DNA of 64,000 nucleotides from an uncultured Collinsella sp. (GTDB taxonomy: Bacteria; Actinomycetota; Coriobacteriia; Coriobacteriales; Coriobacteriaceae): contig CAUEQX010000001.1 of assembly GCA_959020035.1 (NCBI GenBank), positions 409-64,408 on the forward strand, given 5' to 3'. The position numbers were made by a program, and so were the translations under genes. The first letter of the stretch is position 1. Each line of letters opens with the position of its first letter. This document shows, one piece after another, positions 11,959 to 21,427 of the stretch. A model generated the notes under the pieces. The model did no database searches and was not told the origin of the DNA. It worked only from the letters and a program-made list of their open reading frames with translations.

Positions 11959-12550
11959 TCAGGCTACCTGCTTCCTGGATGTAGCGCTCGATGAGCTTCT
12001 TCTGCTCAGCATCGTCCTCGAGTGCCTCGCCCACGATCTTGGTGGCGACGGCAACGGACAGGTCGGCGATGGAGCTCGCGGCACCGGCGTAGATGGACTT
12101 GCGCTCGTCCTCGACGGTCGTATGGGCCTTGGCGATGATCTCCTCGGCCTCCTTGTGAGCAGCCTCGATGATACGGGCACGCTCGGACTCGGCGTCCTTA
12201 CGGGCCTCGAGAACGATGTCGGCAGCCTGACGACGGGCGTCGGTGACGATCGAGTCGGACTCAGCGCGCTTGGCGATAGCCTCCTGCTTGGTCTTCTCGG
12301 CCTCGTCGAGGCTCTCCTCGATCTTCTTGCCGCGCTCCTCCATGGTTTTCATGATGCCCGGCAGGGCGAACTTGGCCAGCACGATCCAGATAATCAGGAA
12401 GGCGATAAGCGCCGGGATGAACTCCGCCATCTTAGGGATGAGGATGTCCGCACCGGCGGCGCCGTCCTCGGCGAACGCGGAAACCGGCATGAGCAGCGCG
12501 GCCGCGGACGCGGAGAGTGCGATCGCGCTCTTCTGGGATGAAAGATTCAT
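11948..12550 (-). CDS. atpF: F1F0 ATP synthase b subunit
   Basis: Single TM helix followed by a long charged coiled coil; operon position. Confidence 0.93.
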   Translation of the reverse strand: MNLSSQKSAIALSASAAALLMPVSAFAEDGAAGADILIPKMAEFIPALIAFLIIWIVLAKFALPGIMKTMEERGKKIEESLDEAEKTKQEAIAKRAESDSIVTDARRQAADIVLEARKDAESERARIIEAAHKEAEEIIAKAHTTVEDERKSIYAGAASSIADLSVAVATKIVGEALEDDAEQKKLIERYIQEAGSLNAD

Positions 12551-12565
12551 ACTTGACGCTCCGTG

Positions 12566-12760
12566 CTATTTAACGATCAGCGCGACAACGAAGCCGATCA
12601 GAGCCAGAGCCTCGCCGAAAGCGGAGCCCATGATGAAGACGGTGAACACGCGGCCCTGGACCTCAGGCTGACGGGCCATAGCACCCGTAGCACCCAGAGC
12701 AGACAGGCCGATAGCAAGACCAGCGCCGATAACACCGAGACCGTAACCGATAACTCCCAC
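12566..12760 (-). CDS. atpE: F1F0 ATP synthase c subunit
   Basis: Gly-rich helix, ARQPE loop, conserved Glu (GEALAL); GTG start with GGAGG RBS. Confidence 0.95.
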   Translation of the reverse strand: MGVIGYGLGVIGAGLAIGLSALGATGAMARQPEVQGRVFTVFIMGSAFGEALALIGFVVALIVK

Positions 12761-12884
12761 GATTCCTCCTTTGTCGTGCGTGTCTTATTTCACGCAGGAT
12801 AACCTTTTTATAACTGCCGGGCTCCATGGGTACGGGCACCGGCGGTTTAACGAATTGCCTTACCTTTAAGGCGCGAACGGAAGA

Positions 12885-13688
12885 CTACTCCTCCTCCGCG
12901 ACCTCCTCTGCCTCGGAGACATACACGGCGGTAAGGACCGTGAAGACGTAAGCCTGGATGGCGCCGACCACAAGCTCGATCGCATAGATCAGGATGAGGA
13001 TGGCAAGCCAGGCCAGCGAAGGCAGGGCGCCGACGGCGTGGGCCGCGGAAACCTGCTGAAGCAGCGGCTGCATGAACATGCTCGCCATGATGGCGAACGA
13101 GCCCATGACCACGTGTCCTGCGAACATGTTGCAGAACAGACGGACGGCGAGCGTGATGAGGCGCAGGAAGGTCGAGAAAAGCTCGACGACCCACACAAGC
13201 ACGTTCATCGGGAAGCTCACGCCCTGCGGGGCGAGGCTCTTGATGTAGCCGATCACGCCGTGAGCCTTGCATCCGTAGTAGATGAAGTACACGAAGGCGA
13301 AGATGGCGAGCGCAGCGGTGGAGCCGATTGCGCCGGTGCCGGGCTTCATTCCCGGGATCAGGCCGATCATGTTATTGATCAGGATGAACAGGAAAAGCGA
13401 GCACAGGAACGGGAAGTGCTTCTTCCAGTTCTCACCCACGACGCCCTTGCCGATATCGTTCTCGACGTACTCGATGATGTACTCGAAACCGTTGACGAAG
13501 AAGCCCTTGGGAACCAGGGTCTGCTTCTTCTTGAACACGGCCAGGACGATCAGGAGCACGATCGTGGAGACGATCAGCCAAAACGAGTACTGCGTGATGC
13601 CGCAGCTCAGATCGCCCACGACAGGGGTGGAGCTGAACTCGCTGACCAGATGATTAATCTCATCAGGCAGCTTTTCAAAAATTTCCAC
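12885..13688 (-). CDS. atpB: F1F0 ATP synthase a subunit
   Basis: NNMIGLIPG, LAVRLFCNMFAGH, IQAYVFTVLT. Confidence 0.97.
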   Translation of the reverse strand: MEIFEKLPDEINHLVSEFSSTPVVGDLSCGITQYSFWLIVSTIVLLIVLAVFKKKQTLVPKGFFVNGFEYIIEYVENDIGKGVVGENWKKHFPFLCSLFLFILINNMIGLIPGMKPGTGAIGSTAALAIFAFVYFIYYGCKAHGVIGYIKSLAPQGVSFPMNVLVWVVELFSTFLRLITLAVRLFCNMFAGHVVMGSFAIMASMFMQPLLQQVSAAHAVGALPSLAWLAILILIYAIELVVGAIQAYVFTVLTAVYVSEAEEVAEEE

Positions 13689-13691
13689 GAC

Positions 13692-14003
13692 TTACCTTTC
13701 GACCTCATGAGGATCTCGCAGCGCCTTGGCGACGCGAACCGTGCAGGCGGCCATAAAGGCCACGAAGCCAATCGCCTCGCCCAGGAGGAACATGCGAAAT
13801 GCCTCTCCGAACAACGCAAACACAACCAAGGTAAAGACGAGCAGGGCGACTGCCGAGACCGCCAGACTCACCATGCCCTTGAGCATGTCCGCATTCTGCT
13901 TATCGTCAAGAACCGGCTTGAGCGTAAAGACAAAGGGAAGGAAGGCAATTGCGCCCGCGATGGCGCCTGCAACGATAGCGAGCAGATCGGCTATCTGAAA
14001 CAC
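13692..14003 (-). CDS. Small membrane protein at the head of the atp operon (AtpI-like position)
   Basis: 103 aa, about three hydrophobic helices, immediately upstream of atpB. Confidence 0.65.
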   Translation of the reverse strand: MFQIADLLAIVAGAIAGAIAFLPFVFTLKPVLDDKQNADMLKGMVSLAVSAVALLVFTLVVFALFGEAFRMFLLGEAIGFVAFMAACTVRVAKALRDPHEVER

Positions 14004-14282
14004 TGGCTTCCTCGCTTTCCTTTTTACGCCTCACGGCACAGTCCCAGCCAAACATTGGTGACTATTGTACGAGCCAATCGCTAAAGTACAACCGTAAAAC
14101 AAACGGTTAATACGCACCTGTACGTTTTCTTAAGGCCTTCTTTATGCCGCAGGTACGGTAATACGTTTTTTCGAACCCCTCAGGGCAAAACGTCCGTTAA
14201 CAGAAGTGCGCGTGGACGACTTTTGCTCGCCCGCGCGCACCATTTCTTCGTATTTGTGACCGTAGCCGACAAGGCCCAACGA

Positions 14283-14930
14283 CTAGAGCGTGCCGTAGAT
14301 GCGGTCTCCGGCGTCGCCCAGGCCGGGAACGATGTAGGCGGCCTCGTTGAGATGGTCGTCGATGGCGCACGTATAAATATGTACGTCGGGGTCCTTTTCG
14401 GTCAGTGACTTGAGGCCCTCGGGCGCGGCGACGATACACAGCATGCGAATATCCTTAACACCGCGCTCGCGCAGGTAGCTGATGGCCATCTCGGCCGAAC
14501 CGCCCGTGGCGAGCATGGGGTCGACAACCAGGCAGATGCGCTGATCGATATCCTTGGGCATCTTGCAGTAATACTCATGCGGCTCGTGGGTGACCTCGTC
14601 GCGCTCCATACCGATGTGGCCCACGCGAGCGGAGGGCACCAAGTCGAGGATGCCATCGACCATGCCGAGGCCCGCGCGCAGGATAGGAACGATGGCGAGC
14701 TTCTTGCCGGCAAGCTGCTTAAACGTGGCAGTGGTGATGGGGGTCTCGACCTCGACGTCTTCCATGGGCAGGTCGCGCATGGCCTCGTAGCCGTCAAAGA
14801 GCGCAAGCTCGCGCACGAGCTGGCGGAACTGGTTGGTGCCGGTGCTCTTGTCGCGCAGGATCGACAGCTTGTGCTGGACGAGCGGATGGTCGACAAGCGT
14901 CACGCGGGACGTATCGTAGGTGACGGTCAT
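14283..14930 (-). CDS. upp: Uracil phosphoribosyltransferase
   Basis: [35 protein letters not shown]. Confidence 0.98.
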   Translation of the reverse strand: MTVTYDTSRVTLVDHPLVQHKLSILRDKSTGTNQFRQLVRELALFDGYEAMRDLPMEDVEVETPITTATFKQLAGKKLAIVPILRAGLGMVDGILDLVPSARVGHIGMERDEVTHEPHEYYCKMPKDIDQRICLVVDPMLATGGSAEMAISYLRERGVKDIRMLCIVAAPEGLKSLTEKDPDVHIYTCAIDDHLNEAAYIVPGLGDAGDRIYGTL

Positions 14931-15053
14931 GGGTTGATTGCCCCTTTCGTTGCGGCCGGAAGATGGCCTTGCTGACAAGACGCCTGGCGACATTGTTGCC
15001 TCGCGCCGTGCATAAGTTTAACGGTTTGTTGTATCGAGCAGCTCGTCGCAACC

Positions 15054-16595
15054 CTACTGAGCGGTGTTGAGCGAACGCTTGACGGCATCACGCCAACCAG
15101 CGAGGTTGCTCTCACGGCGCTCGGCGGACATGTGAGGATGGAAGACTTTGACGATCTGAGCGTTTTGCTCCAGCTCCTCCAAATCCTCCCAATAGCCGAC
15201 AGCAAGGCCCGCCAAGTACGCGGCGCCAATCGCCGTGGTCTCCACCGTCTCGCACTGCAGCACGGGGATATCCAGCAGATCAGCCTGGAATTGCATGATG
15301 AACTCGTTGCGCGAGGCACCGCCATCGACGGACAGGCGCTCAATCGAAAGTCCCACGTCCTGCTCCATGGCGCGTAGTACGTCATAACTCTGGTAGGCCA
15401 TGGACTCGCAGGCCGCACGCACAATGGTCGCGCGACTCGAGGCGCCGGTCAGGCCGCACACGATACCGCGAGCATGCGGGTCCCACCAGGGAGCGCCCAG
15501 GCCTGCGAAGGCGGGGACGAAGTAGCAGCCCTCGTTGTCGCTGATCGAAGTGGCGAGTTGCGCGGACTCGCTCACGCTCGAGATGATGCCCATGTTGTTG
15601 CGCAGCCAATTCATGGTTGAGCCGGCGGCAAAGATAGAGCCCTCGAGCGCATAGCTGATCTTCCCGTCCGCGGCGATACCGATCGTGGAGACCAGACCGT
15701 TCTTGGATTCGACGATCTCGTCGCCGGTGTTCATGAGCATAAAGCAACCCGTGCCATAGGTGTTTTTGGTCTGGCCGGGATGGAAGCAGCAGTGGCCGAA
15801 CAGCGACGCCTGCTGGTCGCCCGCCACGCCCATGATGGGTGGCATGTTGGTCATGATGTCGCTCGCGACGCGGCCGTAGTCGCCCGAGCTCCAACGAACC
15901 TCGGGCATCATGGAACGTGGAACGTCAAAGAGCGCCAGCAGATCGTCGTCCCAATCGAGCGTATGGATATTAAAGAGCGCGGTGCGGCTGGCATTGGTGT
16001 AGTCGGTGGCAAAGACCTGACCGCCGGTGAGGTTGTAGATGAGCCAGGTGTCGATGGTGCCGAACATGAGGTCGCCCGCCACCGCGCTCTCACGCGCACC
16101 GTCAACGTTGTCGAGGATCCACGGCACCTTGGAAGCCGAGAAATACGGATCGAGTGTGAGTCCCGTGCGGGAGCGCACCAGTTCTTCTGCGCCCTGCTCG
16201 ACCAGCTCGTCGATCAGAGGTGCGGTGCGACGGCATTGCCACACGATGGCGTTATAGATGGGTTGGCCGCTTATGCGGTCCCACACCACCGTGGTCTCGC
16301 GCTGGTTGGAGATACCGATGGCGGCAATGCGGTCAGAATGGATGCCGCTCTTAAACTGGACCTCCATCATCACGCCGATCTGGCTGGCAAGCACCTCCGT
16401 GGGATCCTGCTCCACCCAGCCGGGGCGCGGGAAGCTGGTTTTGACGCTACGGCGCGCCTGGGCGACGATGCAGCCGTACTCGTCGACGATGGTCGCGAGT
16501 ACCGAGGTAGTGCCGCAGTCGAGCGCCATGATGTAGGAACCGCCAAAGCTAAACGAGGCGTCTTCCATACCCAGGCTACCTAGATTCAACGACAT
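15054..16595 (-). CDS. glpK: Glycerol kinase (FGGY family)
   Basis: DCGTTS, NQRETTVVW, YNAIVWQCRRT, GDQQA, KNTYGTG, VPAFAGLGAP, VDGG. Confidence 0.9.
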   Translation of the reverse strand: MSLNLGSLGMEDASFSFGGSYIMALDCGTTSVLATIVDEYGCIVAQARRSVKTSFPRPGWVEQDPTEVLASQIGVMMEVQFKSGIHSDRIAAIGISNQRETTVVWDRISGQPIYNAIVWQCRRTAPLIDELVEQGAEELVRSRTGLTLDPYFSASKVPWILDNVDGARESAVAGDLMFGTIDTWLIYNLTGGQVFATDYTNASRTALFNIHTLDWDDDLLALFDVPRSMMPEVRWSSGDYGRVASDIMTNMPPIMGVAGDQQASLFGHCCFHPGQTKNTYGTGCFMLMNTGDEIVESKNGLVSTIGIAADGKISYALEGSIFAAGSTMNWLRNNMGIISSVSESAQLATSISDNEGCYFVPAFAGLGAPWWDPHARGIVCGLTGASSRATIVRAACESMAYQSYDVLRAMEQDVGLSIERLSVDGGASRNEFIMQFQADLLDIPVLQCETVETTAIGAAYLAGLAVGYWEDLEELEQNAQIVKVFHPHMSAERRESNLAGWRDAVKRSLNTAQ

Positions 16596-16608
16596 CGCTT
16601 ACACCTTT

Positions 16609-17352
16609 CTATTGCATCGGGTCGGACAGGACCCGCTCGATCTCTGATGCGGGAAGCGCGCCTTGGCGCAGGATCTGGAGCTCGCCGTGCTGAAACGACA
16701 CGATGGTTGAGGCGTCGCGACACGGGGTCTCACCGGCGTCGACGGCCACATCGACCCCCTCCAGGATGCGCTCCTCCACCGTGACAAAACTTGCCGGCGC
16801 GGGCGCGCCATGCGTGTTGGCGCTGGTGCAGGCAAGAGGGCTGCCGCAGGCGCGGATGAGCGCCTGCACCACGGGCGAGGCCGAAGCGCGAAGTGCCACC
16901 GTGTCGTCGGCTGCGCGCATAAAGGTCGGCACGCAGGGGGCCGCCTTAACCACGATAGTCAGGGCGCCCGGCCAGCATCGTCGGGCGAGCACGCGGGCCT
17001 CGTTAGGGATATCCACGCCATAGCGGTCGCGCGCCTCGGCATCATCGACCAGCCAGGCAACCGTTTGGGTGAGCTCGCGCTGCTTGAGGGTAAAGATACG
17101 ACGATAGCCGGTGCCGAGTGCGGGGACCGCGGCGCCGTTGACGGTGGCCTGCGGATCGCGCGGCCACGGCAGAGGTTCACTTGTATCTTGTGGAACGGCA
17201 TCCGAGAAGGCGTTGACCGCCACGGCGACACCGTAGACCGTCTCGGTTGGAATAAGCGCCAGGCCGCCGCGACCGAGTAGCTCGGCCGTGCGCTCGACTG
17301 CAAGCCGATGCGGCTCGCGCGCTCCCTCGTATACCCGATAGACCGTCTGCAT
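16609..17352 (-). CDS. tsaC: L-threonylcarbamoyladenylate synthase (Sua5/YrdC family)
   Basis: PTETVYG, LKQR, WPGALTIV, TSAN, STIV, LRQGA; downstream of prmC. Confidence 0.88.
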   Translation of the reverse strand: MQTVYRVYEGAREPHRLAVERTAELLGRGGLALIPTETVYGVAVAVNAFSDAVPQDTSEPLPWPRDPQATVNGAAVPALGTGYRRIFTLKQRELTQTVAWLVDDAEARDRYGVDIPNEARVLARRCWPGALTIVVKAAPCVPTFMRAADDTVALRASASPVVQALIRACGSPLACTSANTHGAPAPASFVTVEERILEGVDVAVDAGETPCRDASTIVSFQHGELQILRQGALPASEIERVLSDPMQ

Positions 17353-17500
17353 GTGTATGCCAGCCCCTTACGCTCTGGTGCAAGTTTGTTTACTGTGGGG
17401 CATTCTCGCACGAAACGTTCAACCTATTTGCCCAGAGCGCATGTTGGTTTGGTGAGCGGCTCTAGTAGTCGGTGAAAGTGAGGGGGTTAATTGAAGATTT

Positions 17501-17803
17501 TTAGCGCGCAAGCGTAACGGTACGATCGGGAAACTCGATGCTTGCAACCAGTTTTCCGCCGAGGCTCTCTGCGTACCTGCTCAGCGTGTCAAGCCTCATC
17601 GAACCCAATTCCCCACGCTCGAGCTCGGATACGCGTTTTTGAGAAACGCCCATCGATTGGGCGACCGACGCCTGTGTTAGATCTTTTAGCCTGCGAATCT
17701 GAGCAAGCTTATAGGCTTCGATACGATCGCGAGTCCTCTCCTGCTCGGCGGTAATGGAGTCGCGTGTTATCCCGCGAGATTCCATATACTCATGCAGTTC
17801 CAT
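17501..17803 (-). CDS. XRE/HigA-type HTH antitoxin
   Basis: LAQIRRLKDLTQASVAQSMGVSQKRVSELERG HTH; overlaps the toxin stop. Confidence 0.85.
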   Translation of the reverse strand: MELHEYMESRGITRDSITAEQERTRDRIEAYKLAQIRRLKDLTQASVAQSMGVSQKRVSELERGELGSMRLDTLSRYAESLGGKLVASIEFPDRTVTLAR

Positions 17804-18185
17804 CTCGATCGAGCCTCCTTACGTGGCGACGGTATATTTGCTCGGCCTTTGGAATGTTGATCGCATACCAGCCGTTCCATTTTGCCCTTGACGATCCCGC
17901 TCGCGACTTATCACCCGCCAATAGCAATACCGCCTGGCGCTTGGGGTCAAAGGCGAAGAGGATGCGGATCACCTGCCCACCACATGAAGTCACTCTCAGC
18001 TCCTTTAAATGATGAAGCTTCGAGCCCTTGACACGGTCAACCAGTGGACGACCAAGGCTGGGACCTTCCTTTTCGAGCACCAAAAGGTCTGCATAAATCT
18101 GCTTCAGCGTAGCTTCATCCTGCTCATCAAGCCAAGGTTCAATGTAATCAAGCACGATACGGTACCGATGCAGCTGATTTGACAT
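17790..18185 (-). CDS. RelE/HigB (Gp49-like) type II toxin
   Basis: GPSLGRPLVDRVKGS, LKELR, IRILFAFDPKRQAVLLLAGDK; toxin-first order. Confidence 0.88.
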   Translation of the reverse strand: MSNQLHRYRIVLDYIEPWLDEQDEATLKQIYADLLVLEKEGPSLGRPLVDRVKGSKLHHLKELRVTSCGGQVIRILFAFDPKRQAVLLLAGDKSRAGSSRAKWNGWYAINIPKAEQIYRRHVRRLDRDGTA

Positions 18186-18194
18186 ACCTTTCTC

Positions 18195-18227
18195 CTTCTA
18201 TAGTAGAAGTTTTACGGTATATTGCAA
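18195..18227 (-). promoter_or_regulatory. Sigma-70-type promoter of the TA pair with overlapping palindromic operator
   Basis: TTGCAA-16 nt-TACTAT on the minus strand; palindrome CTTCTA-N3-TAGAAG (18195-18209) covers the -10 box. Confidence 0.6.
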
Positions 18228-18260
18228 GAGCAAACTTGAGCAAATGTCTATTAGTTCAGC

Positions 18261-19520
18261 TTAATTACGCTGCTTGGGCTCGGTGACGATGGCTCGGACG
18301 ATGCGGGGGCGATCGGTGAGGTCGTGGACGATGCGCACGTCCGACAGACCCGCTTGACGACAGAGCTCGGCCGCAGCGTCGAGCGCGCCCTCGTAGAGCT
18401 CGCAGGCAAACAGGCCGCCGGCGCGCAGCATGTAGGGCGCCGCGTTGAGCAGACGGCGGAAGATATCGAGGCCGTCGGCGCCGCCCTCGAGCGCCAGGTC
18501 GGGCTCAAAGTCCTTGACCTCGTGCGGCAGTGAGCGCATGACATCGGTGGGGATGTAGGGCGGGTTGGAGACGAGTACGTCAAAGGTGCCCCACTCTTCG
18601 CGGGGAATGGAACTCACCAGGTTCGTGAGGCTGAAGGCGACCTCGTCGGACGTGAGGCCAAGCGCATCGCGGTTTTTGGTAGCAAGGTCGATGGCGCGCG
18701 GCTCGATATCGGTAGCAGTGCAGGTAACGTGGCCGCGACGCTCCCAGGCAAGCGAGAGCGAGATGCAGCCCGTGCCGCAGCCGACCTCGAGAACGCGGGC
18801 AGTGCGGGGCCCGGCTGGAGCAGGTACGTTGGCCTCGGCGGCATCTTGCACGAGAGTCGTCTGTTGGTCGTTGCCCTCAATGGCGATGCCGTATTCGTCG
18901 AGCTCGGGCTCGGCGGCTTCCGCGGCTTCGGCTTCTGCTGCCCGCGCGGCGGCTTCCTCGGCCTCGCGGTCGGCCAGTTCCTCGGCATAGGCACGGCTGC
19001 CCAGTACGTCGCCGCCTAGCGCCGCCTCATCGGCAGCCGTCAGGTTAGCGGCACGGCGCTCGGCGGTCGCGCGTTCGTCTGCCAGCGCCGCCTCGGCTTT
19101 GCGAGCCTGCTCGACCTCATCGTTCCAAGGCAGCTCCACGCGCTGGCGGGCAGCGGCCTCGGGGCTCAGTACCTCGGCATCCAGATAGTCCAGGACTTCC
19201 TCGACGAGCATCTCGGTCTCGGGGCGCGGGATGAGCACGCCGGGGGCGCACGCGACGTCGATCATGCGAAACTGCGTGCTACCGGTGATGTACTGCAGCG
19301 GCTCGCCCTTCGCGCGTCGGACGACTGCCGCGTGCATGGTCTCGAGCTGCGCTGCGTCGAGCGTCTCGTCCATGCGCATATACAAGTCGATACGCGCCAG
19401 GCCCGTTGCCGCACACAGCAGCCACTCGGCAGAAAGACGGGGATGCTCCTCACCGCGCTCGGCCAGGTACTCCTTGGTCCACTCGAGACAACGCTTGATG
19501 GTCCAGATCTCGTTTGCCAT
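18261..19520 (-). CDS. prmC: Release factor glutamine N5-methyltransferase with internal insertion
   Basis: GEPLQYITG, LIPRPETE, EVGCGTG, SNPPY, ALEGGADGL; follows prfA. Confidence 0.93.
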   Translation of the reverse strand: MANEIWTIKRCLEWTKEYLAERGEEHPRLSAEWLLCAATGLARIDLYMRMDETLDAAQLETMHAAVVRRAKGEPLQYITGSTQFRMIDVACAPGVLIPRPETEMLVEEVLDYLDAEVLSPEAAARQRVELPWNDEVEQARKAEAALADERATAERRAANLTAADEAALGGDVLGSRAYAEELADREAEEAAARAAEAEAAEAAEPELDEYGIAIEGNDQQTTLVQDAAEANVPAPAGPRTARVLEVGCGTGCISLSLAWERRGHVTCTATDIEPRAIDLATKNRDALGLTSDEVAFSLTNLVSSIPREEWGTFDVLVSNPPYIPTDVMRSLPHEVKDFEPDLALEGGADGLDIFRRLLNAAPYMLRAGGLFACELYEGALDAAAELCRQAGLSDVRIVHDLTDRPRIVRAIVTEPKQRN

Positions 19521-19911
19521 GGGGTCCTCCCCTCTTAAGCGCCGGGCGGCGCGCGAATGTCGGAGCAGATTGTACGCGAGGGCGACGCACGACAAGGGAC
19601 GATTGAGAGCGATTATCGAGAATCAGCCCAGAATTTTACTTGGATTGCAATCGAAGCGTTCATTCGCCGACGTCTAAATCTGCATCCGTCAAGCTTTTGG
19701 CAAGGTTGCCCCAAAACTGACCAATATCTAACCAAGAACTTGCCACATCGCTTGACACGCAACGCGTCAAAAAGGGCCCCACGACTTCTTGAACGATTTT
19801 TCGAGCAATATTTTCAATAGCGAATACATGCCGTCAATTGCTTTAAGCAGGTAAGCAGCTCAAAGGCCATCACAGCTTATTGAATAACATCTCAAAGCAA
19901 TGTGCCCAACC

Positions 19912-19939
19912 TAGTCATTTAAGAACGTCCCCAATGACT
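19912..19939. repeat. REP-like unit, family 1
   Basis: TAGTCATT-TAAGAACGTCCCC-AATGACT, near identical to 4305-4331. Confidence 0.8.
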
Positions 19940-19950
19940 GCATCAAGGTC

Positions 19951-20115
19951 CCGCAGGTTGAGCATAAGTCAGCGAAAACGCCCCTAAGCGAGCGAGGTGA
20001 CGTGAAAGAGGAGGGAAGCGTACTTCGGTACGCGACCGACGATTGAACGTCAGATTGCCGCTTAGGGGCGTTTGCAGCGTCGATCAGTTACGGCGTTTGG
20101 TAAAACGCCGTAACT
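19951..20115 (+). repeat. Dispersed structured element, copy B
   Basis: AAACGCCCCTAAGCG/CGCTTAGGGGCGTTT stem, TGACGT/ACGTCA, GCGTAC-TTCG-GTACGC, terminal hairpin AGTTACGGCGTTT/AAACGCCGTAACT abutting the prfA stop. Confidence 0.82.
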
Positions 20116-21182
20116 TAAACTGCTTGTGCCAGCTTCTCGGCTCGCTCGGCGGCGGCAAGTGCCTCGATGACGGTACCGAGTTGATCGCCCAGAAGGACGC
20201 CGTTGTAGGTGGAGTTGAAACCGATACGGTGGTCGGTCACGCGGTCCTGAGGCTGGTTGTAAGTACGAATCTTCTCGGAACGGTTGCCGTGACCAATCTG
20301 GCTCTGGCGCTCGGCGCCGAGCTCGGCCTGTTGTTTCTCGAGCTCCATCTCGTACAGACGGGCACGCAGCATCTGCATGCAGACCTCGCGGTTCTGGATC
20401 TGGGAACGCTGCTCCTGCGACTGCACCACGGTATTGGTGGGCAGGTGGGTGATGCGCACGGCGGAGTAGGTGGTGTTAACGCACTGACCGCCAGGGCCGG
20501 AGGCACAGTAGGTATCGATGCGCAGGTCGGACTGGTTGATCTGAACGTCAATCTCCTCGGCCTCGGGAAGCACGGCGACGGTTGCCGTGGAGGTCTGGAT
20601 GCGACCCTGGGACTCGGTCTTGGGGACGCGCTGGACGCGATGCACGCCGGACTCGTACTTCATGACGGAGTAGACGCGGTCGCCCTCGACCTTGAACTCG
20701 ATGGACTTAAAGCCGCCGGCCTCGCTGGGGCTGGAGTCGAGCACGGTGGTCTTCCAGCCGCGCGACTCGCAGAAGCGCTGGTACATCTTGTACAGGTCGC
20801 CGGCGAAGATGGCCGCCTCGTCGCCACCGGCGGCGGAGCGAATCTCGACGATGGTGTTCTTGTCATCGTTGGGGTCGCTCGGGATGAGCATGTACTTAAT
20901 GTCTTCCTCGAGCTGGGGAAGCTTGGCCTCGTTTTCGGAGATGTCCATCTGGAGCATCTCTTTCTCATCGGCATCGGTGGTATCGTGGAGCATTTCCTTG
21001 GCGGCCTCGATGTCATCGAGCGCGCCGATGTACTCACGCGAGGCGGCGATGAGGTCGGACTGGTGCGCGTACTCCTTGTTGAGACGCGTGAACTCCTTAA
21101 TATCGGAGGCGACGGCCGGGTCGGAGAGCTTCTTCTCGAGTTCCTCGTAGGCCTTGATGATCTTTTCGAGCTTGTCGCGCAT
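20115..21182 (-). CDS. prfA: Peptide chain release factor 1
   Basis: GVHRVQRVPKTE (PxT), GPGGQ, RSEKIRTYN. Confidence 0.99.
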   Translation of the reverse strand: MRDKLEKIIKAYEELEKKLSDPAVASDIKEFTRLNKEYAHQSDLIAASREYIGALDDIEAAKEMLHDTTDADEKEMLQMDISENEAKLPQLEEDIKYMLIPSDPNDDKNTIVEIRSAAGGDEAAIFAGDLYKMYQRFCESRGWKTTVLDSSPSEAGGFKSIEFKVEGDRVYSVMKYESGVHRVQRVPKTESQGRIQTSTATVAVLPEAEEIDVQINQSDLRIDTYCASGPGGQCVNTTYSAVRITHLPTNTVVQSQEQRSQIQNREVCMQMLRARLYEMELEKQQAELGAERQSQIGHGNRSEKIRTYNQPQDRVTDHRIGFNSTYNGVLLGDQLGTVIEALAAAERAEKLAQAV

Positions 21183-21427
21183 GGCGGGACTCCTTTATAT
21201 GCGTGAAGGTGAAAATCGGCAGAGTTGATGGGGCGCGCGGCGCCACTGCGGGGGTAAGCCCGGCTAGAACATGTCGATCTTCAGATACATGCGCATCCCT
21301 TCGCGTATGGGGTACATAGTTGCGGTCTAACCCATACATGATAGCGTGCGCAGGCAAACCTGCATATAACCCGCACGGATTGGTGCAAACAAACCTGACC
21401 CCATTGCACCAAGAGCTTGCTTTTTGG

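Noticed and set aside
12566..12760. Possible Na+-translocating ATP synthase
   Set aside because: The c subunit reads GEALAL after the conserved Glu and lacks the E-S/T Na+ signature; consistent with an H+ type.
18805..19170. Intein in PrmC
   Set aside because: No intein-like N-terminus, no His-Asn end and no endonuclease motifs.
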